Positions 1 to 7,335 of a DNA stretch of 64,000 nucleotides are shown piece after piece. The notes under the pieces are model-generated. The model was given only the letters and a program-made list of their open reading frames with translations. It was not told where the DNA came from and searched no databases. The DNA comes from an uncultured Solirubrobacterales bacterium (lineage in GTDB: Bacteria > Actinomycetota > Thermoleophilia > Solirubrobacterales > 70-9): contig CAWJGB010000013.1 in NCBI GenBank assembly GCA_963842375.1, positions 170,665-234,664 on the forward strand, in the 5' to 3' direction. Positions within the stretch are counted from its first letter, which is position 1; each line of letters begins with the position of its first letter. The position numbers and the translations under genes were made by a program.

Positions 1-38
1 CGATGAGGTGCGGCTAGGTGCTTTGGGAGTCATCCGGT

Positions 39-52
39 TGTGTGTGTGTGTG
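39..52. repeat. (TG)7 dinucleotide repeat inside a GT-rich tract downstream of the first collagen-like gene
   Basis: Direct reading: tgtgtgtgtgtgtg at 39-52. The paralogous position behind the second copy (about 1100-1135) is GT-rich but degenerate. Confidence 0.9.
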
Positions 53-84
53 ATTTTCGGGTCGTTGTGGTGGTTTGTCGAGTT

Positions 85-101
85 CCCGCCCTCGGGGCGG
101 C
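85..101 (-). terminator. GC-rich hairpin about 10 nt after the stop of the 111..929 gene (no U-tract)
   Basis: The ccgcc/ggcgg stem with a 5-nt loop can be read directly. Its position just 3' of the stop codon fits a terminator, but the U-run is missing, so this is weak. Confidence 0.3.
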
Positions 102-110
102 GGTCACCGC

Positions 111-929
111 CTATGGCACCTGGTTATAGGCGGTGACCGCCCAGGTGCCTTCGCCTTCTATAATTTGTGCTTCACCTTCTGCTCCTTCCGGCCCTTCGAG
201 ATAGACCAGGAAGCCCCAGGGAGAGGCTTCTTCGAAGCTACCGCCGAACCCCTGTGCCTGCCTCTTATGTACTTCGCTGAAGTGGTGAGAAGGACCCACT
301 AAAGACTGGGTGTGCGCTTCGTATACACAGAGCCAGCCGGGGGCTGCGGTCGGGAACTTAATGGTGCCTGTGCATCCTTCTCCGTTTCCGCCGTGTTCTT
401 GTTGTTGTGTCGTGACGAACCGAGCCTGACCTTCTTGGATTCCGACTGGGTTGTTGAAATTTTCTTCAGGGAAGAAGGGTGTCAGTGGGATCGGGTAGGT
501 GATTCCCGCCTTAATATCTACCCCAATGGGGGCATTGCTAATTACACCGGACCCATAATCCGACCAGACACCGGTCTCGGTCTTGCCGGGGGGGAGGGTT
601 TCGGGGTATGAGGCGGGGTTGCCCGGTTCGCCTTTGGGGCCCTGTTCGCCTTTGGGGCCTTCTTTGCCTAGGGCACCGCTTGTTCCGTTGGTTCCGTTGG
701 CGCCGGCGGGGCCCGCAGGGCCGGGCTTGGAGTTCGCCTTGATCAGGGCGAGGACCTGGGCCTTGGTGAGCGCCTTGGCCTTGGAGGCGGTGGCATGGGA
801 GCCGCCTCCGTTCGCCGCGTAGGCGCCGCCGCCGAGGGCGAGGACGATGGCGAGGACGGAGAGGACGAGGCCGGCGGGGCCGAACTGGTCGCGCAGCGCG
901 GCGTAGGACGTGCGTAGGGACTTGGACAT
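111..929 (-). CDS. Collagen-like (G-X-Y repeat) protein with N-terminal signal-anchor and Cys-containing C-terminal globular domain
   Basis: Start reassigned to ATG 929 (MSKSLRTS), with ggaggag about 12 nt upstream. Hydrophobic anchor GLVLSVLAIVLALGGGAYAA. About 12 G-X-Y triplets (GPAGPAGANGTNGTSGALGKEGPKGEQGPKGEPGNP). The C-terminal domain shares GNGEGCTG...PTAAPGWLCVYE...GTWAVTA with the next gene. Confidence 0.85.
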   Translation of the reverse strand: MSKSLRTSYAALRDQFGPAGLVLSVLAIVLALGGGAYAANGGGSHATASKAKALTKAQVLALIKANSKPGPAGPAGANGTNGTSGALGKEGPKGEQGPKGEPGNPASYPETLPPGKTETGVWSDYGSGVISNAPIGVDIKAGITYPIPLTPFFPEENFNNPVGIQEGQARFVTTQQQEHGGNGEGCTGTIKFPTAAPGWLCVYEAHTQSLVGPSHHFSEVHKRQAQGFGGSFEEASPWGFLVYLEGPEGAEGEAQIIEGEGTWAVTAYNQVP

Positions 930-1151
930 GGTTATCTCTCCTCCTGGGAGTTGAGCGTGAAGAGGAGATGCCCTCCACACACGGGCGTGGCGGCGATCGA
1001 GCAGGGGTCGGCGACCCGAGCGATGGCGCTGGGGCGGGACAGCGAGTTGGAATTAGGGGTTTTGGAAGTCATCGGTTAGTCGGCATGTGGGCTTGGGTTG
1101 ATGTGGCGTGTGTTGGTCGTGTGTGCTTTGTGTGGGTCGCGCGCCCGGCTC

Positions 1152-1180
1152 CCGGAGCGGCCCGCGCTTGGCCGCCCCGG
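1152..1180 (-). terminator. Stable GC hairpin downstream of the second collagen-like gene
   Basis: ccgg-a-gcggcc / loop cgcgctt / ggccgc-c-ccgg, read directly. It lies about 20 nt 3' of the stop at 1201. No U-tract. Confidence 0.35.
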
Positions 1181-1200
1181 GAGGGGTGTGGTGAGGTGGG

Positions 1201-1935
1201 CTATTCGGCGGTCACCGCCCAGGTGCCGAATGCCAGCTCCCTTCTTAGTACAGGCGGTCCAGATTCCTGTGTAGAAATCCTGACCGTGGCACCCCATTGA
1301 TAGGCCGATTCGGACTCTTCAGGTCCCCATACTTCCTGGCGTATTGCGCCAGCACCACCGCGTTCGTAGACGCAGAGCCAGCCCGGAGCGGCGGTCGGAT
1401 GACGGTTACTTCCTGTGCATCCTTCTCCGTTACCACCCCCGAATTGTTGAGATGTGGTGACGTACCGAGCTTGCCCGTGTTTGATCCCCACTTCTTCTTC
1501 TTCAGAGATCACGGGGGCGAGCGGAATCGGGAAGGTGATCCCGGTCATGAGTTCTGCGTCGTAGGGTTCTTCAGCATTGGTTAACCCAGCGATCGCCCAG
1601 ACGCCGATCTCGGTCTTGTGGGAGGGGAGGACTTCGGGGTATGAGGCGGGGTTGCCCGGTTCGCCTTTGGGGCCCGGTTCGCCTTTGGGGCCCGGTTCGC
1701 CCTTGGGGCCGGGGGCGCCGTTGGAACCGTTGGCGCCATTCGTACCGTTGGCGCCGTTCTTGCCGGCGTACTTCTTGGCGATCTTTTCAACTTCCTTGCG
1801 CTGGCCGGAGGTCAGCTTGCCGGCGGCGTAGGCGCCGCCGACCATCGCCATGAGAAGGGCGAGGATGGCGACGGTGAGGCCGGCCTTGCCGAAGGGCTCG
1901 CGGATGGCGCGAACGGGGTGCTTGAGACGTTGCAT
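1201..1935 (-). CDS. Collagen-like (G-X-Y repeat) protein, paralogue of 111..929
   Basis: ATG at 1935. Anchor GLTVAILALLMAMVGGAYAA. About 13 G-X-Y triplets, including three perfect GPKGEP units. The C-terminal domain is conserved with the first copy. Confidence 0.88.
   Translation of the reverse strand: MQRLKHPVRAIREPFGKAGLTVAILALLMAMVGGAYAAGKLTSGQRKEVEKIAKKYAGKNGANGTNGANGSNGAPGPKGEPGPKGEPGPKGEPGNPASYPEVLPSHKTEIGVWAIAGLTNAEEPYDAELMTGITFPIPLAPVISEEEEVGIKHGQARYVTTSQQFGGGNGEGCTGSNRHPTAAPGWLCVYERGGAGAIRQEVWGPEESESAYQWGATVRISTQESGPPVLRRELAFGTWAVTAE
1655..1708. repeat. 3 x 18-nt tandem repeat encoding (GPKGEP)3 inside the collagen-like gene
   Basis: The unit cccggttcgcctttgggg is repeated at 1655, 1673 and 1691. 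The last copy has one mismatch. Confidence 0.9.
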
Positions 1936-2000
1936 CAGGTTGCTTCTCCTTGGGTGATGCCCCCCGGGGTGGGCCGGCCGGCCTTGTTTGGCCGTCGCCG

Positions 2001-2303
2001 TTCGATCTGACCATTGAGACCCCCGCCCGCGGCTGCAAACCGGCGCCTGGCGACGTCCTCGGTCGGCCCCATAGCGCTGCTATGAGCCCTCCCTGCGTCC
2101 TTCTGGAGTTTCGGGATTTTTGCCTCGCCCTCGATACTGCGCTTGGGCGACGCCTGCGAATTTCCCCCTGTATTGCCCCCCACCCCCATTGCGGGGGAAA
2201 TTCGTTCCTCGTGCGTGCGTGCGCCCGAAAAATCCCGAAACTCCAGGTCCTTGCCAGGCTTGATTTTCGCTCGCGAGGCGTGCGCCCCAATAGTCAGATC
2301 GAA
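2001..2303. repeat. Nested imperfect palindrome of about 300 nt (three collinear inverted-repeat pairs)
   Basis: Outer pair 2001-2016 ttcgatctgaccattg / 2288-2303 caatagtcagatcgaa (15 of 16). Middle pair 2103-2121 ctggagtttcgggattttt / 2228-2246, a perfect 19-nt complement. Inner pair 2157-2168 cgaatttccccc / 2193-2204 gggggaaattcg (12 of 12). Confidence 0.85.
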
Positions 2304-3386
2304 TGTCTCCAGCCTGGGGATTTTTTGGGTGGTGGGACGAGGGCCTTGCCTAAACATGGGTGCGCTCCCCTCCTTGTCGGGTGTTGGTCGAGTGACTGGT
2401 GCTGCGGAAGACAAGGTGCACCTCCCTGCCCACCTACCTGCATGAGACGAGGCGGAGTCGCGGGCGCCGCAAGCACAGCGCGCGTCGGGCAAGCCCAACG
2501 CTGTAAGGCGAGCGGCTGGCGACTCCTTGGTGGGCAGAGGGGCGGAAGCTGTGAGGGCCTCTCCCCCGCTCCCGAGGGACGAGGTGGAGGTGGTGGTCCC
2601 GGGGTGGTGAGGAGGGACGAAGCGCCTACTGCGAAAAGGGCGGGTAGGTCGGCAGGAGGCGCTGCGCCGGTGGGCTTGTGAGGGTCGGGGGCCTGCGCGT
2701 AAGCAGCGCGCCCTGCCGACCTGAGGGGATTGTGGGCCGCGGTCGCGGTCAAGGCGCTCGCTGCAAATGCTGCGCCACTCGCTCGCTGCGCAAAGGAATC
2801 AGATCGTGATGCTTGCTCGCGCGGGCTTGCGGTCGCTCGGCCTCGGCCTTCGGCCACCCTTCGGGTGAGTGCGGCCCGGCTGGGGGGGGTGGAACAGACG
2901 CGGGCGACCTCTAGACTGGGGATGGGAAGTCCACCAAGCATCGTTGAGGCCGCCCGCGTAACTGCTCCGGTGAGCCCGTCCGGATCGGGCTCGGAAACGG
3001 CCCCGGGGGCCAGGGAAGACTCCGGGTGCCGCCAATGCCGGCGAGGGGACGCGGGCGGCCCTGGCGCCGGGGGCAGGGAGCACCCCGAAGCCTGGGAAAG
3101 GGCCGCCCCTCCTATTGCTCGCCCTTGCGCCACCCACTCAGGAGAGCAGCGGGGGGGCGCAACTTTTAAGGTCGGGACCGGGCACGAGGGTGCGGGAAGG
3201 TGTGGTCGGCGAGGGGCAGACAGCGGGCGCTCGGTGCAGGCCGAGGCTGCTTCGTCGTCCCAACTGCAAGCGTTCACTCAAACTCCCCCTTCTGCCGGCC
3301 GCTTCCCGAGCGGCCCCCGTAGAACTCGGACTTTCTTGTCCCCATCGCGGGCGGACAAGCCAGATCGTGGCAGGAAGGGAGATGAT

Positions 3387-3402
3387 TGTCAAGAGCGGTA
3401 CA
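3387..3402 (+). promoter_or_regulatory. TGTCA-N6-GTACA motif copy 1 (candidate operator), upstream of D1
   Basis: tgtcaagagcggtaca, read directly. Confidence 0.55.
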
Positions 3403-3451
3403 CAAGATTTGTAACGGGAGGTACCGGCTTTGTCAATCCTGGACCCAAATC

Positions 3452-3467
3452 TGTCACCTCCAGTACA
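3452..3467 (+). promoter_or_regulatory. TGTCA-N6-GTACA motif copy 2, 40 nt upstream of the D1 start
   Basis: tgtcacctccagtaca, read directly. Confidence 0.55.
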
Positions 3468-3506
3468 TCCATTTTGTCCTCGCCCTGACTATCGTGAGCG
3501 CCGGAA

Positions 3507-4835
3507 ATGGCGACAACGGACCCTGTGCCGCAGCAGAGCGGGCCACTGCTTCCAAAGCTGAGCCCAGCAAGGGGGCGCCTGACGCCACAGCTAATCGCTC
3601 GCAATCAGCGCGGGCGCCTGCAGTGGGCGATGGTGGAAGCCGTGGCCCAGCACGGCTTCGCCGGCGTAACGCTGCGCGAGCTAGTCGGGCTGGCGGGAGT
3701 GTCGAAGACGACGTTCTATGAGCACTTCGACTCCAAGCAAGACTGCTTTCTCGAGACCTACGACGAGATCGTCTCCCGGGTCACGACGCGAGTCGGCGAG
3801 GCCTACAGGGAGCCGGGCGATTTCCATGCGAGGCTGGTGAGAGCGCTTTCGACCTTCATGGAGCTGGTTGTGGAGGAGCCGGCGGCGGCGTCTTTCGGGG
3901 TGGTCGAATCGCTGACCCTGGGCAGCGCCGGAGTAGCACACCGCGAACAGAGCTCGAGGGCCTTCGAGCTGATGATCCAGCAGAGCTTCGAGCACTCTCC
4001 ATCTGAGGAGGAGGTGTTGCCGATCACGGTGAGAGCGATCGCCGCCGGTATTCGGGGAGTTGTCTACCGGCGGCTGCGGGCCGGCAGCTGCGAGGATCTA
4101 CCCGACCATGTCGAGGAGCTGGTCGATTGGGCCCTCGGCTACCAGCGGCCGGTCAGCGAGTCGGTCCGAAGGGCCATCGAGGCGGCCCAGATTCCGGGTC
4201 TGAGCGTGGAACCAGCAGCCCGCGAGAACGATGCGGACGAGCCTGACTGGGATGAGCCCCCTGACAGCCGCCGCAGCCGGGCTGAGCTGACCCAGCGTGA
4301 GCGGATCGCCAGGGCAGCGGCTCGGGTGGTGGTCGAGAAGGGCTATGAGGCACTGAGCATCCCGGCAATCTCGGCCGTGGCGGGGACCTCCAATCAGACC
4401 TTCTACGAGAACTTCTCCACCAAGCGAGACGCTTTCCTGAGCGCATTTGAGATTCTCACGGAGAAAGCCCTCGCGACCACCGCGGCGGCCTTTGAGGCCG
4501 CGGGCGACCGACCTGAGGCGATCGGTGCCGCGATACGGGCGATGCTGGAGCACATCGCGGCGAACGATCTGTTTGCCCGCCTCGCTTTCTTTCAGCTTCC
4601 GACCGCGGGTCCGGTAGCACTCGATCACGCCGATCCCGTGATGGACCGCTTCAATTCCCTCCTTGAGCCGGGCACCGCGTCGGGTGGGAGAAACGGTCCG
4701 TTGCCGGGCGTGATCTCTGAGGCAGTTGGAAGCGGTATCTGGTCGGTGATTCAGCACGAGATTGCGCACGAGCGGACGGAGTCGCTACCCGAACTGGCGC
4801 CCGAGATCACGAGAGTCGCGCTCGGATCGCGCTAA
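3507..4835 (+). CDS. Single-chain double-TetR transcriptional regulator (D1)
   Basis: 442 aa with two TetR HTH units: TLRELVGLAGVSKTTFYEHF and SIPAISAVAGTSNQTFYENF. The linker is WDEPPDSRRSRAELTQRERI. Confidence 0.9.
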   Translation: MATTDPVPQQSGPLLPKLSPARGRLTPQLIARNQRGRLQWAMVEAVAQHGFAGVTLRELVGLAGVSKTTFYEHFDSKQDCFLETYDEIVSRVTTRVGEAYREPGDFHARLVRALSTFMELVVEEPAAASFGVVESLTLGSAGVAHREQSSRAFELMIQQSFEHSPSEEEVLPITVRAIAAGIRGVVYRRLRAGSCEDLPDHVEELVDWALGYQRPVSESVRRAIEAAQIPGLSVEPAARENDADEPDWDEPPDSRRSRAELTQRERIARAAARVVVEKGYEALSIPAISAVAGTSNQTFYENFSTKRDAFLSAFEILTEKALATTAAAFEAAGDRPEAIGAAIRAMLEHIAANDLFARLAFFQLPTAGPVALDHADPVMDRFNSLLEPGTASGGRNGPLPGVISEAVGSGIWSVIQHEIAHERTESLPELAPEITRVALGSR

Positions 4836-4866
4836 GAACCTGAGCGAGACTGCCTGAACGGCTCGC

Positions 4867-5517
4867 TCAGGCCTGCGCCAGTCGTCTCGCCTCGGCGGAC
4901 CCCAGGTAGGGGGTGAGGAGCAGCTCGAGGAACTCGGGCTCAAGTGTGAGGAGGAGGTCGGCCTCTTCAGCCAAGAGGTGGCCCGAAATGAGTGAGGTGA
5001 TGCCGCCAATGAGGCTCTGCTCAGTCGATTCGGGCAGCGAGGCACCGAGGGGGTAGCGGGCGCGGCCCTCGCGAAGACGAGAGGCAAGTCGCCTGATCAG
5101 GGCCTGTTGGCGCTCGGTCGCCACCGGACCCGACCCAGCCACCTCGACGGTGAAAACCCTGGCATGAACAGGTGCTTCGGTGAGGAAACGAAGGGCAGCA
5201 TCGAGTGCGGCCTTGACCCGAGAAGGCCAGTCGCGCTCGACATCGCAATCTTCCATGGCATGGGCCCAGAGACGCTCGATGAACCTCTCCTGAGCGGCGA
5301 GGAGGGCGGCGCGGATGTCGTCGAAGTGCGCGTAGAACGTGTCCTCGTTGAGGTCCGAACGGCGGAGGACCAGCTCGACGGTGAGGGCGTCGTAGCCATA
5401 TTCGGCGGCGGCCTTGGTCACCGCAGCGATGAGGAGATCGCGCTCCTCCGTGGGGCTCGACGTGGACTCGCTGTGGGCGCCGATCCGGGAGGCTCGCCTG
5501 GGTTGGTCATCGGCCAC
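4867..5517 (-). CDS. TetR-family transcriptional regulator (classical single unit, s1)
   Basis: 216 aa. HTH region LLIAAVTKAAAEYGYDALTVELVLRRSDLNEDTFYAHF. Convergent with D1 and divergent from D2. Confidence 0.9.
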   Translation of the reverse strand: MADDQPRRASRIGAHSESTSSPTEERDLLIAAVTKAAAEYGYDALTVELVLRRSDLNEDTFYAHFDDIRAALLAAQERFIERLWAHAMEDCDVERDWPSRVKAALDAALRFLTEAPVHARVFTVEVAGSGPVATERQQALIRRLASRLREGRARYPLGASLPESTEQSLIGGITSLISGHLLAEEADLLLTLEPEFLELLLTPYLGSAEARRLAQA

Positions 5518-5550
5518 GGTAGAACCAGCTTATGGAGGTATCGAAATCTC

Positions 5551-5566
5551 TGTCAAGCTGAGTACA
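5551..5566 (+). promoter_or_regulatory. TGTCA-N6-GTACA motif copy 3, centred in the s1/D2 divergent intergenic region
   Basis: tgtcaagctgagtaca. There are 33 nt to the s1 start (5517) and 33 nt to the D2 ATG (5600). Confidence 0.6.
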
Positions 5567-5599
5567 CGCTGGCAACCGACGCGGGCTATCGTGGATGGG

Positions 5600-6955
5600 A
5601 TGGCGGCGACTTCAGAGGGTCCTGAATCGCTCTTTCGGAGACTTTCAGGAAGGCCGGGAGGGATTGGGCAGGAGGCGGTCGCCCGCCATCAGCGAGCGCG
5701 ACTCGAGGGAGCGATGCTAGAGGCGGTGAGGCGCCACGGCTATGCGACAGTGACGCTGAGGGAGCTAGTGGGGCTGGCCGGGGTCTCCAAGAGCACCTTC
5801 TATGAGCACTTCGACGATAAGCAGGCGTGCTTCCTGGCGACCTTCGAGGAGATCGTCGCCCTAGGGGTAGAACAAATCGAGGCGGCCTATGGCTCAGAGC
5901 AGGGGCCCGAGAAGCGGCTGCGAACGGCCTTCGAGCGGCTCGCCGAGCTGGTCGCCGAGCAACCGGCGGAGGCCGCACTGGTGATCGTCGACTCGGTCAG
6001 CCTAGGGGCGGCCTCGGTAGAGCCGCGGGCACGCGTCGCCCAGATCTTCGAGTCGCTGATCCACGAGAGCGCGGCGGAGATCGGGCATGGTGGCGGTGTG
6101 ATCTCGAGGGTGACCACACGGGCCATCGTCGGCGGGATCCGCAGCCTCATCTATCGCTCGCTGCGCGCCGGGAATCCCGAGCGTCTCCGAGGGTATGCCG
6201 CCGAGCTGGTGCAGTGGGGGCTGGACTACCAACTCGAGGCGGAACGTCGTGCCGCAGGTGCCGCGGACGTGGGGGCACGGCTAGTGGCGGCGCTTGGCTC
6301 GGATGCAATTGAGAGGGCGGAGAGTCCGGAGGAGTCGTCGGAGGGATCGAGCCTTGCCTGGGAAGAGCCCGCGAACAGCGAACGCTCACGCGCCGAACTC
6401 AGCCAGCGGGAGCGAATGTTGCGAGCCACAGCCCAGGTAGCAGTGGAGAAGGGCTATGCACGGCTCAGCATCCCAGCGATCTCCGCGGCGGCGGGAACCT
6501 CCAACCAGACTTTCTATGAGCACTTCGACTCCAAGCAGACGGCCTTTTTGGCCGCCTATGAGGCACTTGTGCGAAGAGCACTTGAGAGGATCGCCACCGC
6601 CGTCGCGGCGCAAGATGACTGGCTGGAGGGAACGGCGGCCGGGATCGTCGCGCTGCTCGGCTGCTTCGTGCGAGACCCGATGTTGAGGACGCTGGCATTC
6701 GTCGAGAGGCCAGCGGCGGGCGTGGCGGCACTTGACCGGGCCGAGACGCTGCTCGATCTGTTCACGGCGTTCCTGCGGCCGGAGCCGCTCCCCGCGAACG
6801 TTGCCCGGCGCCCGCCCGACGTAGTGATCGAAGCTATGGCCGGAGGGGTTTGGGCCGCGGTCGAGGGCGAGACCACAGGGGGATTGGTCGACTCGGTGCC
6901 GGAGTTGGCCTCAGAGCTGCTGAACATCGTTCTGGTGCCGTTCGGGGTGTTATGA
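5600..6955 (+). CDS. Single-chain double-TetR transcriptional regulator (D2)
   Basis: Start moved from the track's 5414, which overlaps s1, to ATG 5600 (MAATSEGPESLF). An in-frame GTG at 5591 is also possible. HTH units TLRELVGLAGVSKSTFYEHF and SIPAISAAAGTSNQTFYEHF. Confidence 0.88.
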   Translation: MAATSEGPESLFRRLSGRPGGIGQEAVARHQRARLEGAMLEAVRRHGYATVTLRELVGLAGVSKSTFYEHFDDKQACFLATFEEIVALGVEQIEAAYGSEQGPEKRLRTAFERLAELVAEQPAEAALVIVDSVSLGAASVEPRARVAQIFESLIHESAAEIGHGGGVISRVTTRAIVGGIRSLIYRSLRAGNPERLRGYAAELVQWGLDYQLEAERRAAGAADVGARLVAALGSDAIERAESPEESSEGSSLAWEEPANSERSRAELSQRERMLRATAQVAVEKGYARLSIPAISAAAGTSNQTFYEHFDSKQTAFLAAYEALVRRALERIATAVAAQDDWLEGTAAGIVALLGCFVRDPMLRTLAFVERPAAGVAALDRAETLLDLFTAFLRPEPLPANVARRPPDVVIEAMAGGVWAAVEGETTGGLVDSVPELASELLNIVLVPFGVL

Positions 6956-7220
6956 CGATGTCGTGTCATAACACCCCGAATGCCGACCCACCTGGGCGAG
7001 CACCGCCTGGCTTCGCGGTCAAGTGGCCGAAGCCAGCGGCCCGAGCCTTGGTGAGGCAGGCGACCCGGGCGTCGAGGCCGGGACAGCCCCGGCGCCCGAG
7101 GGTCCTGCATCATGGCGCCGTCTCCAGGGAGCAGACGACGGCCGCATGGCTTCGTCCCAGGGAAAGACGGCAGTCGATTTTGCGCCATCCCGTATTCATG
7201 TCGGCCCTCTTCGGGCTCCG

Positions 7221-7256
7221 TGTCAATGACGGTACACCGATGTAAGCACCGGTACA
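7221..7256 (+). promoter_or_regulatory. Two adjacent motif copies (tgtcaatgacggtaca and tgtaagcaccggtaca) upstream of D3
   Basis: Read directly at 7221-7236 and 7241-7256. The second copy has TGTAA instead of TGTCA. Confidence 0.5.
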
Positions 7257-7335
7257 TACATTGTCAACAGGAGGAGCCCGGTGGTCAGCCGCGTCGGCGA
7301 GCGGAGTGGACGGCCGGGTCTATCGTGAGGGGGCG

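Larger units (their letters stand above)
1936..3506. other. 1.57-kb region without a credible CDS, rich in long perfect helices (candidate structured RNA, degraded gene or regulatory region)
   Basis: All six-frame ORFs here are P/R/A/G-rich shadow-type translations without third-position GC bias where I sampled. Helices read directly: 2646-2656/2712-2722 (11 bp) with inner 7 bp; 3053-3061/3100-3108 (9 bp); 2971-2977/2985-2991; 3334-3340/3354-3360; 3296-3301/3309-3314. Confidence 0.5.

Noticed and set aside
2294-3488. ORFs 2294-3277 (minus strand, 327 aa) and 2730-3488 (plus strand, 252 aa) inside the gene-free region.
   Set aside because: Low-complexity P/R/A/S composition, no third-position GC enrichment where sampled, and mutual overlap. 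Treated as non-coding.
5414-5599. N-terminal extensions of the double-TetR ORFs in the track (5414-, 7261-, 8868-) and of 8679-9680.
   Set aside because: The extensions overlap the divergent TetR genes or the operator region. They are not conserved between paralogues, whereas the conserved N-termini line up at the downstream starts chosen here.
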